Counted from the first letter of the stretch, positions 1 to 9,562 are shown. The stretch is 64,000 bases of DNA from Desulfovibrio sp. (GCF_047607245.1 NZ_JASGDK010000070.1:11610-75609); one strand, 5' to 3'. A program made the numbers and translations. The notes: generated from the letters alone by a model not told the origin.

Positions 1-1037
1 CCTGGGGCCTGTGGATCGGCTTTGACCTGCTTTGCGGCGTGGCGCTGGCGGCTGGCGGTTATTTTACCACCGTGGCCTGCTACGTTATGGGCATGAAACA
101 GTTTCACTCGGCAGTACGCCCGGCCATTACCACAGCCTTTCTTGGCTACGGTTTCGTGGTTGTGGCCCTTCTGTATGACCTGGGCCATCCGCTGCGTCTG
201 CCCTTCATGTTCTTCTTCCCCGGCACCACTTCCGTTCTGTTTGAAGTGGGCTTGTGCGTCGCCACTTACGTTACGGTGCTCCTCATCGAGTTTTCCGTGG
301 CACCTCTGGAATGGCTGTCGTCGAAGTATCCCTTCCTGATCAAATGGCGCAAGCTTGTGGTGCACGCCACCATCGTGCTCACCATCTTCGGCGTGACGCT
401 GTCCACCCTGCACCAGTCCTCGCTGGGCGCGCTGTACCTCATCTCGCCCGAGAAACTGCACCCCCTGTGGTACTCGCCCTTCATGCCCATGTTTTTCTTC
501 GTCAGCTCTATGGCTGCCGGATCTTCCATGGTCATTTTTGAAGGCATGTTTGCCCACAAAGGTCTGCACCACTACATGGATGAAACCCACTTGCGTGAAG
601 CTGACGGCGTTGTTTTCAGCTTTGCCCGCGCGGCTTCCTTCATCCTGTTTGCCTACTTCATGCTCAAGCTCATCGACATGCTGGTGCAGGCAAACCTGCC
701 CTACGTGTTCTCTGGCTACGGCGCATGGTGGCTGGTGGAAATGCTGGGCTTCGTGCTGCTGCCCGCCCTGCTCTATGCCAAGGGCGCGCGTGACCGCAAC
801 CTGACACTGTGCCGTATCGCTTCGGCCAACACTGTGCTGGGCATCGTCATGAACCGTTTCAACGTGTCCATGATAGCCTTCAACTACAATCTGCCCTCGG
901 CGGAACGTTACTTCCCCAGCATTTGGGAATTCTGCATTTCCATCTTTGTGGTAACGATGATTGTGACGGCATACCGCTTCATCATCTATCACATGCCAGT
1001 GTTGTACGAACACCCCGACTTCAAGGATGAGCACTAG
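1..1037 (+). CDS. NrfD/PsrC-family integral membrane subunit of a periplasm-facing redox complex (HmcC/NhcC/DsrP-like); 5' end lies outside the window
   Basis: The frame stays open from nt 3 (WGLWIGFDLLCGVALAAGGYF...), so track ORF 39..1037 is a truncated call. The protein is very hydrophobic and multi-helical, with the opening motif typical of NrfD/PsrC proteins. Stop TAG at 1035-1037. Confidence 0.8.
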   Translation, partial: WGLWIGFDLLCGVALAAGGYFTTVACYVMGMKQFHSAVRPAITTAFLGYGFVVVALLYDLGHPLRLPFMFFFPGTTSVLFEVGLCVATYVTVLLIEFSVAPLEWLSSKYPFLIKWRKLVVHATIVLTIFGVTLSTLHQSSLGALYLISPEKLHPLWYSPFMPMFFFVSSMAAGSSMVIFEGMFAHKGLHHYMDETHLREADGVVFSFARAASFILFAYFMLKLIDMLVQANLPYVFSGYGAWWLVEMLGFVLLPALLYAKGARDRNLTLCRIASANTVLGIVMNRFNVSMIAFNYNLPSAERYFPSIWEFCISIFVVTMIVTAYRFIIYHMPVLYEHPDFKDEH

Positions 1038-1060
1038 CCAATCCGCAGAAGGAGAATATT

Positions 1061-1213
1061 ATGGAATTCCATACTTTTTACGACTATTTCCTTTATTCGA
1101 AGAACTGGGCTTACGCCATGATGTTCGTGGTGCTGCCTGCCTACGTGATATACTGGAACTTCGTGCTGTTCCCCCGCAAAAAGGGCCGTAACGGCGACTC
1201 CAAGGGGCATTAA
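1061..1213 (+). CDS. Small (50 aa) single-helix membrane protein, possible HmcD/NhcD-like accessory subunit
   Basis: Below the track's 60-aa cutoff. ATG at 1061 is preceded by GGAGAA (1051-1056), 23 nt after the NrfD-like stop. Sequence MEFHTFYDYFLYSKNWAYAMMFVVLPAYVIYWNFVLFPRKKGRNGDSKGH has one hydrophobic helix and a basic tail. A terminator follows directly. Confidence 0.5.
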   Translation: MEFHTFYDYFLYSKNWAYAMMFVVLPAYVIYWNFVLFPRKKGRNGDSKGH

Positions 1214-1244
1214 AGGCCACGAGGCCTGAGACAGCCTGAAATCG

Positions 1245-1283
1245 CAGGGGGCGACGCTATTGAGCGCCGCCCCCTGTTTGTTT
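1245..1283 (+). terminator. Rho-independent terminator after the NrfD-like/small-ORF pair
   Basis: CAGGGGGCG (1245-1253) pairs with CGCCCCCTG (1268-1276), followed by TTTGTTTG. Confidence 0.6.
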
Positions 1284-1777
1284 GACAATCCACTTTTTTA
1301 CGGGCACTTTTACGCGCCGCTTCACGCTCCCTTTGCCCGCGCAGCACCAGGCCGAGCAACGTCCGGCCAGAACCCTCGGGGCCAGCTTATCTGGCCAATA
1401 CTGTCAGGACCGTTGCTGCACAAGATATTCACATGGTGATAATCTGCTGTTTTCTCTGACCAAAAGTGATTACTGCAAATCAAGCTCACATGTGGTATCA
1501 AACGGATTATAGCGCCGATTAACCTTGCAATGTGAATCACAGCAAGGTTGCCATTCAGCCGGAATTGCATTTTCGGATGAATTCATGCTGCGTTACGGTG
1601 CGCTATACTTTCATACCGAGTTTGAGCGTTTAACCTTTTTCAAGGTTACGAGTTCTAGTGCAAACGGTTACTGAGCGCATTGCGCCTTGAACGGGCTTGC
1701 GCTATACTTTTGGGAGTAGAAGTGGCTTCGGCGCGTTTGCCATAACGCATTTATGCAGCCATGAGCGGAGGCTTGAC

Positions 1778-2548
1778 GTGCGACGATTTTATCAGGAAAG
1801 CTGGCAAGGCATACCATTTACATCCTTTTCGCATATCTCCTTCTTTCATCTGGCGGAGCCGAAGTTCTACGCTGTTTTTTACGAAGAACTCTTCCGCCGC
1901 TATAAGGATTGGGACGATCTGCCTGCCGTCTGGCGTGAGAACAAGCGCAAGGACGCCCGCTGGCTTATTGGTCAGTTGCGCGACCAGCTTGCCCGAGAAA
2001 CCGGGCCGCGCACGGAACCCGTGCGTGTGCTTTCAATTGGCAGCGGCGTCGGCTATATGGAAAAAATTCTGCTGGAAGAGCTGCCCGACCTTGAGCTGCA
2101 CGTCAATGAACCCAGCACTGTAGGCATGAAATGGCTGCGCCAGCATATTCCCAGCGAGCGCATTTATATTGGCCTGCCTCCGGCCTGTCTGCCCCCTGAT
2201 GTCCACTATGATATGATCTATCTGTCCACCGTGGACTACGGCATTCCCACGCGCGAGTTCACCCATCTGTTGCAGGAACTGCGGGCCCAGCTTGCCCCAG
2301 GCGGCGAAATCATCCTGCTGTCCGCCTCATTGCTGGAAGAAGATTCCTTTATTGGCAGCTTTGTTAATGCCATCAAGATCTTCATTCGCGGGGCCCTGCA
2401 CTATCTTGGCATCAGGCGCCAGCAGTTTTGGGGCTGGCGCCGCACACGCGACGAATACCGCCTGATATTCAAGCAAGCGGGGCTGGCTGACGTGAAAGAC
2501 GGCTGGTTGCAGGACGGATTTGAAACGTACTGGATTCGCGGGCGCTAG
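1778..2548 (+). CDS. Class I SAM-dependent methyltransferase
   Basis: Motif I-like VLSIGSGVGYME and the later GGEIILLS are typical of Rossmann-fold methyltransferases. I prefer GTG 1778, preceded by GGAGG (1767-1771), over the track's TTG 1697. Confidence 0.65.
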   Translation: MRRFYQESWQGIPFTSFSHISFFHLAEPKFYAVFYEELFRRYKDWDDLPAVWRENKRKDARWLIGQLRDQLARETGPRTEPVRVLSIGSGVGYMEKILLEELPDLELHVNEPSTVGMKWLRQHIPSERIYIGLPPACLPPDVHYDMIYLSTVDYGIPTREFTHLLQELRAQLAPGGEIILLSASLLEEDSFIGSFVNAIKIFIRGALHYLGIRRQQFWGWRRTRDEYRLIFKQAGLADVKDGWLQDGFETYWIRGR

Positions 2549-2720
2549 CTACAATGGCTCAATCTGTACGGCATTCATCTCCAACCAGAACATTCATTTT
2601 TTAAAATGAATCTGTTCCAGAAAGGCGGACGCACCAACGGGAGACTCCCTTACGGTTGTCCCTAATACCTGCTTGTTTTACAGCCAAGTGACACCGCCAC
2701 CAGACCAGAACCCCTAATTT

Positions 2721-2773
2721 ATCCATAACCAAGAAGGCCGTGCGATAACCGCTCGGCCTTCTTGGTTATGGAT
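2721..2773. terminator. Long perfect hairpin between convergent genes (likely bidirectional terminator)
   Basis: ATCCATAACCAAGAAGGCCG (2721-2740) is the exact reverse complement of 2754-2773, with a 13-nt loop. It sits between the methyltransferase (+) and the ammonia-lyase (-). Confidence 0.55.
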
Positions 2774-2851
2774 GCTTACTGCACTCGCCTGAGCAATTTC
2801 AAAAAGAAATTGCACTAAATTTTAATCTGCTCTGCACGCAGCCAGCATACA

Positions 2852-4078
2852 CTAAACCCCACATTCCTTACTGCCGCAGCGCCCATGCCAGACAATCTGG
2901 CGGTACAACTCCGGTGAAGTATCGCCCTCAGTGCTGAAGAGCAGCACGCGCGACGACGCGCCCAGCCCCAAAGCCTGCCGTACTTCCTGCATGTCTGGAT
3001 TTTTCATCACATACTCCAGAGCACCCACCGGGGCAGCACCGGATTCACCGCTGCACACGGAGGTGTCGCCCGGTAATGGAGCGGCCAGAATGCGCATGCC
3101 GTTGGCAGACACAGAATCTGCGCAGGAAAGCGCCCCTGCGGTCCTGTCGCGTAAAATGGGCCAACACAGGCTGCTGGGTTCGCCGCACGCTAGCCCGGCC
3201 ATAATGGTCTGCATGTGCCCTGTCACCGCATGGGGCTCACCATCTGCCGCCTTGAATGAGCGGTAAAAACAATCCGCCGCGTGCGGTTCCACAATAACGG
3301 CTTCCGGTGCCTCATCGCCAAGCGCGGAGGCAAAGTAGCCAAGCACGGCTGCGGCAAAGGAACCGACCCCGGCCTGTAGAAAAATATGGGTCGGGGGTTT
3401 GGCTTCGCTGCTCTGCCACTGTTCGTCCGCCTCCAGTGCCAGGGTGGTATAGCCCTGCATGATCCAGAGCGGCACCTCTTCATAACCGTCCCATGCGGTA
3501 TCCTGAATCAGTACGCCGCCCGATGCTGCGGCATGCTGCATGGCAAGACGCACAGTATCATCGTAGTTAAGCTCGGTGATGGTGCACTGCGCCCCGGTCT
3601 TGCGGATATTTTCCGCCCGGACTGGCGCTGACCCCTTGGGCATGAAAACAACGGCCTTCATGTGCAGTTGCTGGGCTGTCCAGGCGACACCGCGCCCGTG
3701 ATTGCCGTCCGTTGCCGTTACAAGAGTAACGTCACCGAGCTTCTCACGCACGGCGGCTGAACGCAGCAGATCAGGCGTCACTTCACACATGGGCAGTTCC
3801 AGCCGTTGCGCCAGATAGCGCGCTACGGCATAGGAACCGCCCAGAACCTTGAAAGCATTGAGGCCGAACCGCCAGGATTCGTCTTTTACCTGAATTTCTG
3901 CCACGCCCAGATTGTCAGCCAGAGCCTTCAGCCGTACCAGCGGCGTTGCCGCGTACTGCGTAAAGCCCTGATGGAAGGAGCGTGCCACACGCGCCTCTTC
4001 AGGGCCGAACAGGCTGACATCCACAGCCTGCCCCGCGCGGGCGCGGCGGCTGTTAGGGCAATAACTGACAGTCTTCAT
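2852..4078 (-). CDS. dpaL: PLP-dependent diaminopropionate ammonia-lyase (YgeX/DpaL family)
   Basis: Fold-type II PLP enzyme. Motifs KDESWRFGLNAFKVLGGSYA (PLP-lysine context) and TATDGNHGRGVAW match the DAP ammonia-lyase family as I remember it. Confidence 0.7.
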   Translation of the reverse strand: MKTVSYCPNSRRARAGQAVDVSLFGPEEARVARSFHQGFTQYAATPLVRLKALADNLGVAEIQVKDESWRFGLNAFKVLGGSYAVARYLAQRLELPMCEVTPDLLRSAAVREKLGDVTLVTATDGNHGRGVAWTAQQLHMKAVVFMPKGSAPVRAENIRKTGAQCTITELNYDDTVRLAMQHAAASGGVLIQDTAWDGYEEVPLWIMQGYTTLALEADEQWQSSEAKPPTHIFLQAGVGSFAAAVLGYFASALGDEAPEAVIVEPHAADCFYRSFKAADGEPHAVTGHMQTIMAGLACGEPSSLCWPILRDRTAGALSCADSVSANGMRILAAPLPGDTSVCSGESGAAPVGALEYVMKNPDMQEVRQALGLGASSRVLLFSTEGDTSPELYRQIVWHGRCGSKECGV

Positions 4079-4116
4079 GTCTGGCCTCCTGTGGCAGGCA
4101 CGTTGCCTGAGCCAGC

Positions 4117-5097
4117 TCAGTTGGGGTTGGCTGCGCGCGCAAAGTCGTTATAGGCTTCACGGCTGCCATGTGCAGCACTGTTGAGCTCTTCCCGCACCGG
4201 GTTGTAAAAACCTTCGGTCAGTCCTTTGGCCAGCGCGTCCTTAAAATCCGTGCCCTGTTTAAGAAATTCACGGTAGGCGCGTTCCACGTCGGGAGAAGCG
4301 GGGAAGGGAGGCCGCCCCGCGTCTTTCAAGCTGGCATCAAGCTTGGCCACCACCTGTTCCAGCGCCTCGCGGTCGGGCTTTTGCGCTACAAGCAGCCCGG
4401 CGGTTCTTGAGAACAGACCAAAAATCTTTCTGGCTTCAAGTATTTGCCTTTTGAGGGGATGCCCGTAGAGCAACACCTCTTCAACCGAAGAGGCCCGGGC
4501 CTCAACCATGCCCATATATCCGTCACGCGCGGCCATGAACTGTTCATGACTTTTCGCGATACTGTTCGTCAGGGCTTCGCCCTTGACGCCGTCGTCACGG
4601 ATACTCCGATCATTTACATAGCGCTCAAGAGCGCGATAGTCGGCCCGCATGCTGTCGATACTCTGGTTCATGTCGGTCACCCACTGGGCCAGAGCGCGCG
4701 ACTCATCTTCACTGAACATCCCTTTCGGGGCGGCAAGACGTGCAGATGCGACCTTGCCGTCTCCGCCAGCCGGGCGCGGAGCCAGCAGCCATTCATGCAG
4801 GTAATAGCGCACGTTGCCCATCATCACGTCGGCCTGGGCAAAGTAGGGGTCGGCAAAGGTTGTTGCCACCACGTTATAATAGGCAACCACAGCGTCTGCT
4901 GCGGCAAGCTGCTCTTGCGTGGGCGGCGGCCCCTGCTCTTTTGGCAAATTGCCAGTGTCTGCCGCAGCTTCTGCGGATGCTGGCTGGGCCTGTTCCGTTT
5001 TTGCTGAAGAAGCCGAAGCCTCTTCCTTTTTATCTGATTCGCAGGCGGCAAGACTCAGAACCCCAAGACATACGAGCAGGATGTATATTTTTTTCAT
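4117..5097 (-). CDS. Lipoprotein of unknown function (possibly DUF3829/YiiG-like)
   Basis: Signal peptide with lipobox MKKIYILLVCLGVLSLAAC, then a low-complexity linker and a helical body. The family assignment is tentative. Confidence 0.55.
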   Translation of the reverse strand: MKKIYILLVCLGVLSLAACESDKKEEASASSAKTEQAQPASAEAAADTGNLPKEQGPPPTQEQLAAADAVVAYYNVVATTFADPYFAQADVMMGNVRYYLHEWLLAPRPAGGDGKVASARLAAPKGMFSEDESRALAQWVTDMNQSIDSMRADYRALERYVNDRSIRDDGVKGEALTNSIAKSHEQFMAARDGYMGMVEARASSVEEVLLYGHPLKRQILEARKIFGLFSRTAGLLVAQKPDREALEQVVAKLDASLKDAGRPPFPASPDVERAYREFLKQGTDFKDALAKGLTEGFYNPVREELNSAAHGSREAYNDFARAANPN

Positions 5098-5330
5098 ATT
5101 TTCTACTGTGAACGTCCCGCGCGTATACGCAGGCGTTTAACTTTTTTGTGATTGTTTTGAGAGTTGGAGCAGATCAACGTTGCGCCAATGTGATGTTGAA
5201 GACACCACCCCTGAAACTTCGCATCAGGTCAGGATGCCCCGTAAAAGACTGAAAAAATAGAGGTTCAGGGCATGGGGAGGGCCCTTATACAAAAGCGCCC
5301 TTCCCCAAAACACTTAAAAATAAAAAGGCT

Positions 5331-5981
5331 CTAACCTGCCACGCGGGCTTTTATCCAGTCGTTCAGGCCGGTCAGATCAGCGCCCCAGGGATAGGCCGAT
5401 TCCGACGCGGGCCTTATATCTGGCCCAACGCCGTAGAAGAGCGTTCCCACTTCTTCGGCAGCATCATGATCAGTGGGCGCGTCTCCCACCATAAGCACGT
5501 CCTGTGGCGTCAGGGGCAATGGGGCCACTATCTGGCCCAGCAGCTTGGCCTTGGCCGGGGGCGAACCGTGAATGGAAACGAAATAGTGGTCCAGTTTGCG
5601 TTCCTGCAATACAGCCAGCACTTCTTCGTGGGGCGCACCGGAGCAGACATAGAGAGGCAACTTGCCCTTCCAGGTATCCAGAACTTCCTGAATTCCGGGT
5701 ATAAGCGGGCAGCGGCGCACTTCGTCCAGGGCGTATTCCGCAAACAGACGGCCAAGCTTTTCAGATTCTTCGTCCGAAATTTCGCGCCCAAGCACTTCAT
5801 TGTAGAACCACTGGAACTTCTTGTAACGGCTTACCCCGCCATGCAGGCTGTGGTACATCACAAAACGGTCCTGGGCTTCCTGCCCGTGGGGCGCGGCAAT
5901 GCGGGCAAAGGCCCGTGTTTTCACGGGCACGCTGTCCAAAATGACGCCGTCGCAGTCAAAAACAATGCATTGCAATGCCAT
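5331..5981 (-). CDS. HAD-superfamily phosphatase (phosphoglycolate-phosphatase-like subfamily)
   Basis: HAD motif I FDCDGVILDS and motif IV MVGDAPTDHDAA. I prefer the start at ATG 5981 (MALQCIVFDCDG), 2 nt after the upstream stop. The track start 6017 would overlap the acetyltransferase. Confidence 0.8.
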   Translation of the reverse strand: MALQCIVFDCDGVILDSVPVKTRAFARIAAPHGQEAQDRFVMYHSLHGGVSRYKKFQWFYNEVLGREISDEESEKLGRLFAEYALDEVRRCPLIPGIQEVLDTWKGKLPLYVCSGAPHEEVLAVLQERKLDHYFVSIHGSPPAKAKLLGQIVAPLPLTPQDVLMVGDAPTDHDAAEEVGTLFYGVGPDIRPASESAYPWGADLTGLNDWIKARVAG

Positions 5982-5983
5982 AA

Positions 5984-6775
5984 TTATCCTTTTTGCGCCG
6001 GGGTTGCCGACCCGCAAACGGTTGCGCCGTTACTGCCCCGCATACCGATAACCTTGGCGGGCACGCCGCCAACAATGGCAAAGGGGGCCACGTTACGGGT
6101 GACTACGGCTCCAGCGCCAACCACGGCCCCGCGCCCGATGCGCACGTCAGGCGTGATGACGCAGTTGGCCCCGATCCACACATCTTCTTCAATGATGATT
6201 TCGCCGGGCACGTGCCCCTGATGCATCATGGGCACATCCTGACGGGCGATGCAATGGTTGGCCGCCCGTATGACCGTGCCCGGTCCCACTGCGGTATGTG
6301 CGCCGATTTCAATGCGTCCGGCGTCGGCTCCCACATGTACGTAGGGCGAAAGAGCCACACTGTCGTGCAGCACCAGCGTGCCGTCTGTGGCCGTGATGAA
6401 GCAGCCGCGCCCCAAGCGCACGTTATTGCCAAGGGTCATGCCCTTGCATCCCGCAAGGCTCAGCCCCGTGCCAAAACGCGCCGAACCGCAGCGGGCAAAC
6501 AGCCAGCGCCAGCCAGCCAGGCGCAAGGCCAATCCCACAGGCGTGGGAATCCAGCCCAGCAGCGCTATCCACAATTCTTCCAGCGCAGCGCCCACACGAT
6601 GACGCCACCCCGGCGCACCGTGTGCAGCAGTTTTTTCAACGCCAGACGAAGGTTGGCCTGCACCCTGCCGTGAAGCGGTCTGGTCTGCAGAAGTGGCGGA
6701 AGGAGGCGTACCCGGCCCGGAGGCCGATGCCGTTTCCCCTTCCTGGCCCATGCCCGGTTTTCCGAACTCGGCCAT
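5984..6775 (-). CDS. Hexapeptide-repeat (left-handed beta-helix) O-acetyltransferase, WcaF/LacA-like
   Basis: Repeated [LIV]-G-x4 hexapeptides ([40 protein letters not shown]). The low-complexity N-terminal ~70 aa is unusual. The ATG at 6775 abuts the upstream stop (6776-6778). Confidence 0.8.
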   Translation of the reverse strand: MAEFGKPGMGQEGETASASGPGTPPSATSADQTASRQGAGQPSSGVEKTAAHGAPGWRHRVGAALEELWIALLGWIPTPVGLALRLAGWRWLFARCGSARFGTGLSLAGCKGMTLGNNVRLGRGCFITATDGTLVLHDSVALSPYVHVGADAGRIEIGAHTAVGPGTVIRAANHCIARQDVPMMHQGHVPGEIIIEEDVWIGANCVITPDVRIGRGAVVGAGAVVTRNVAPFAIVGGVPAKVIGMRGSNGATVCGSATPAQKG

Positions 6776-7546
6776 TTACTTGCTGTATTCCTTCATGAGG
6801 TCGTCGCCTTCCATAAGGCGCGTCACGCGGGCCAGATCTTCAGGGGTATCCACGCTCCAGCTGCGGCAGTCGGTGGGGACCATACGTACCTTTTCACCGT
6901 ATTCAAGAATACGCATCATATCCACGGATTCATAAATTTCCAGAGGGCTTTCTTCCATTTCATTGAAGCGCAGCAGGTAGTCGCGACGGAAGGGAATGAT
7001 GCAGACCTGCTTGCGCATGGGCACCTTGTCCGATCCCTTTTTACGCGAGGGAATGGCTTCACGCGAGAAATAGAGAGCGTCGTTGAAGCGGTCGACCACC
7101 ACTTTAACTTCATTGGGATCTTCAAATTCCTCAAGGGTGTCCATATCCGCCATAAGGTTGGTGACATTGATGCTGGGATCAGCCAGCATGGGAGCCACTG
7201 CGGCGTCGATCATTTCGGGGCGCACCATAGGTTCGTCGCCCTGCACCATCACCACTATGTCGGCCTTCTTGCCCGTGGCGGCTTCAATCTTGAGCAGGGC
7301 TTCCGCTGTGCGCGTAGAGCAACGCACATGATGATCGCCGGTCATGACGCTGTTCAGCCCCGCGCTGATGCAGTAATTTTCGATGATTTCATCGCAGGTG
7401 GCCACATAGGTGGCGGAAAGGGTTTTGCTCATGGCCGTACGAAAGGCCACGTGCCCGACCATCGGCACATTGTGGATGAGGGCCAGAGGCTTGCCGGGGT
7501 AACGGCTGGAACCCATACGCGCGGGAATGATGGCAATAATGTTCAT
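6776..7546 (-). CDS. KdsB/NeuA-family cytidylyltransferase (CMP-activating enzyme for a 2-keto-3-deoxy or nonulosonic-type sugar acid)
   Basis: N-terminal IIPARMGSSRYPGKPL and later VMVQGDEPM motifs are characteristic of the CMP-Kdo synthetase family. I prefer ATG 7546, preceded by AGGAG (complement of 7554-7558). The track's 7729 start adds 61 implausible residues. Confidence 0.8.
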   Translation of the reverse strand: MNIIAIIPARMGSSRYPGKPLALIHNVPMVGHVAFRTAMSKTLSATYVATCDEIIENYCISAGLNSVMTGDHHVRCSTRTAEALLKIEAATGKKADIVVMVQGDEPMVRPEMIDAAVAPMLADPSINVTNLMADMDTLEEFEDPNEVKVVVDRFNDALYFSREAIPSRKKGSDKVPMRKQVCIIPFRRDYLLRFNEMEESPLEIYESVDMMRILEYGEKVRMVPTDCRSWSVDTPEDLARVTRLMEGDDLMKEYSK

Positions 7547-7734
7547 GCAACGGCTCCTTGTGTCCGTATAAATTTTAAAATCTATGAACAATTTCCGTAA
7601 TGCAGCGCTTTGGCTGGCGTCTTGCGCCGCCACTGCGGATTGCCGGAGTTGTCTGTTCTCTGCCAGAACCTGAACTGTATGCAGAGCCGTCAGCGCCGGG
7701 AAAGCCCGGGCGCTGCACAGCTTGCGCAAATAAA

Positions 7735-8649
7735 CTAGTCGTCGGTAGCCACAAGATACCCGCCCTCGGACGCCAGTTCCGGGTGGATTTCCTTGTGCTC
7801 CTCTTCCATCACGCGCAGGATGCCCTGCCCCAGATCCACGGTCAGCGGCGGCACAAGTTTGCGCCCCACTTTCGGCATAAAGGCGTAAGGAGTCACCTGA
7901 TAGTGCCCGCTGTTGGGATCATTCTGATAATTGATCACCAGTTCCTTGCCCAGCATTTCGCCGATCATCTTGAAAAGGTCGCTGACCCGCATGGGCTGAT
8001 TGCCGGAGATGATGATGTTCTGGTTTTCAAACTCGGGCGCCAGCACTGCCAGCGTTGCGGCGCTGGCATCGTCCACATGCACATATTCGCGCAGGGCCGT
8101 AGGCGCGCCATAGTAGGTGATGCCGCCCGTGGAAAGCGCTTCGTACACAAAACGGTTGATGGCATTACGCCTGTCTGACCGGGGGCCGTAAAGCGAACCA
8201 TAGCGCAGGATGGTGTACGGCAGGTTGTGCATGGCCTGATAGTTTTCAATATACAGCTCGCAGGCCTGCTTGCTGCAACGGTAGAAACCGCCGGACTTGC
8301 CATACACATACAGGGAGCTGGCAAAAACGTAGCGCTTCACGCCAGCCTTGCGGCAGGCTTCAAGAATCATGACGTTGCCGAGCACGTTGATGCGCGCGGT
8401 GTCAACGGGGCGGTTGTTGGCCTCGCCTATATCGGCGATGCCCGCGTAGTTGAATACCATATCCGCGCCATCAATGGCTTTGCGCACTGTTTCTTCTTCC
8501 AGAATATTGCCAGTGAGCATGATCTGGTCAGGACGCAGCCAGGGCGAGGGGTGCAGATCCACGATGGTGACGTTGTGCCCGGCCTCGGAAAGCTTGTCGC
8601 AAATATGCGAGCCTAAAAATCCGGAACCGCCAAAAACTGTTATTTTCAC
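7735..8649 (-). CDS. NAD(P)-dependent sugar epimerase/dehydratase (extended SDR)
   Basis: GTG start with a GGGAGAA RBS. Contains the Rossmann motif VFGGSGFLGSHI and catalytic YxxxK (YRCSK). Confidence 0.85.
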   Translation of the reverse strand: MKITVFGGSGFLGSHICDKLSEAGHNVTIVDLHPSPWLRPDQIMLTGNILEEETVRKAIDGADMVFNYAGIADIGEANNRPVDTARINVLGNVMILEACRKAGVKRYVFASSLYVYGKSGGFYRCSKQACELYIENYQAMHNLPYTILRYGSLYGPRSDRRNAINRFVYEALSTGGITYYGAPTALREYVHVDDASAATLAVLAPEFENQNIIISGNQPMRVSDLFKMIGEMLGKELVINYQNDPNSGHYQVTPYAFMPKVGRKLVPPLTVDLGQGILRVMEEEHKEIHPELASEGGYLVATDD

Positions 8650-8767
8650 AATTATTCTCCCTGGAGAATTTTCTTGATCAACTATACGTCTGCAATTGCG
8701 CGCGACTTCATTGGTGAGCTGGCCACGCCAGAAGCCTCAAAAAGCCTTTGACGAAGAATACGCAGCC

Positions 8768-9562
8768 CTATTTGGGACGTTCAGCCGCGCCCCAAAGAAA
8801 TACAGAATCAATGCCATAGGCAATAAAACGGCTGCCTGCCGCAATCTGCCGCGCCAGTTCTGCGGGGTCAGGCTGCACAATATGCAGCCCCATGCGAGCC
8901 TTGTGGCGCTGGCAAGCCGCGCTTATGCGTTCCATAGCAGCCTTGAAATCCGGGTGATCAAACTGCCCGGTGAGCCCCATAGAGCCAGAAAGATCGTACG
9001 GCCCGACCATAATGGCGTCCAGACGCGGATGCGTCAGTATGGCGTCCAGATTTTCCACAGCACGTATATGCTCTATCTGGGCTACCAGAAATATTTCAGG
9101 CGCGCGCCGGGTGCGGTAGTTGTCAAAGTCCTTGCCGAACGCGTTGGCGCGGCAAAAGCCCACGCCCCTGTATTCCTGCGCGGTTTCGCCCTTAGCCCGC
9201 CACGTGTCCTGACCGGGATACACCGCCCAGTCAATAGCGCGGTCAAGCTGTTCACGGCTCTCGATCATCGGAAAAATAAGTCCCTGAGCGCCAGCTTCCA
9301 AAGCAGATTTTATCTGCGTTTTGCTGGCCTCGGGCAATCTGGCAAAGGGGGCAGCTCCACCACATTCGATGGCGCGAAAGATGTCCGGCAAACCGGTACG
9401 CCCGAAGGAGCCATGCTCCATATCCACGGCAACCCAGTCATAGCCGGCACGGCCCATAAGTTCTGCCACATCCGCAGAGGGCAATTGCAGCCATGTGCCT
9501 ACCGTGGCTTTATCCGCCGCCAAAAGCGCGCGTATGTCATGTACGGTCATATCAAGCGGCAT
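8768..9562 (-). CDS. HpcH/HpaI-family class II (pyruvate-dependent) aldolase
   Basis: AGYDWVAVDMEHG and later MVGPYDLS motifs are typical of 2,4-dihydroxyhept-2-enedioate aldolase relatives. The start may be 9562 or 9550. Confidence 0.75.
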   Translation of the reverse strand: MPLDMTVHDIRALLAADKATVGTWLQLPSADVAELMGRAGYDWVAVDMEHGSFGRTGLPDIFRAIECGGAAPFARLPEASKTQIKSALEAGAQGLIFPMIESREQLDRAIDWAVYPGQDTWRAKGETAQEYRGVGFCRANAFGKDFDNYRTRRAPEIFLVAQIEHIRAVENLDAILTHPRLDAIMVGPYDLSGSMGLTGQFDHPDFKAAMERISAACQRHKARMGLHIVQPDPAELARQIAAGSRFIAYGIDSVFLWGAAERPK

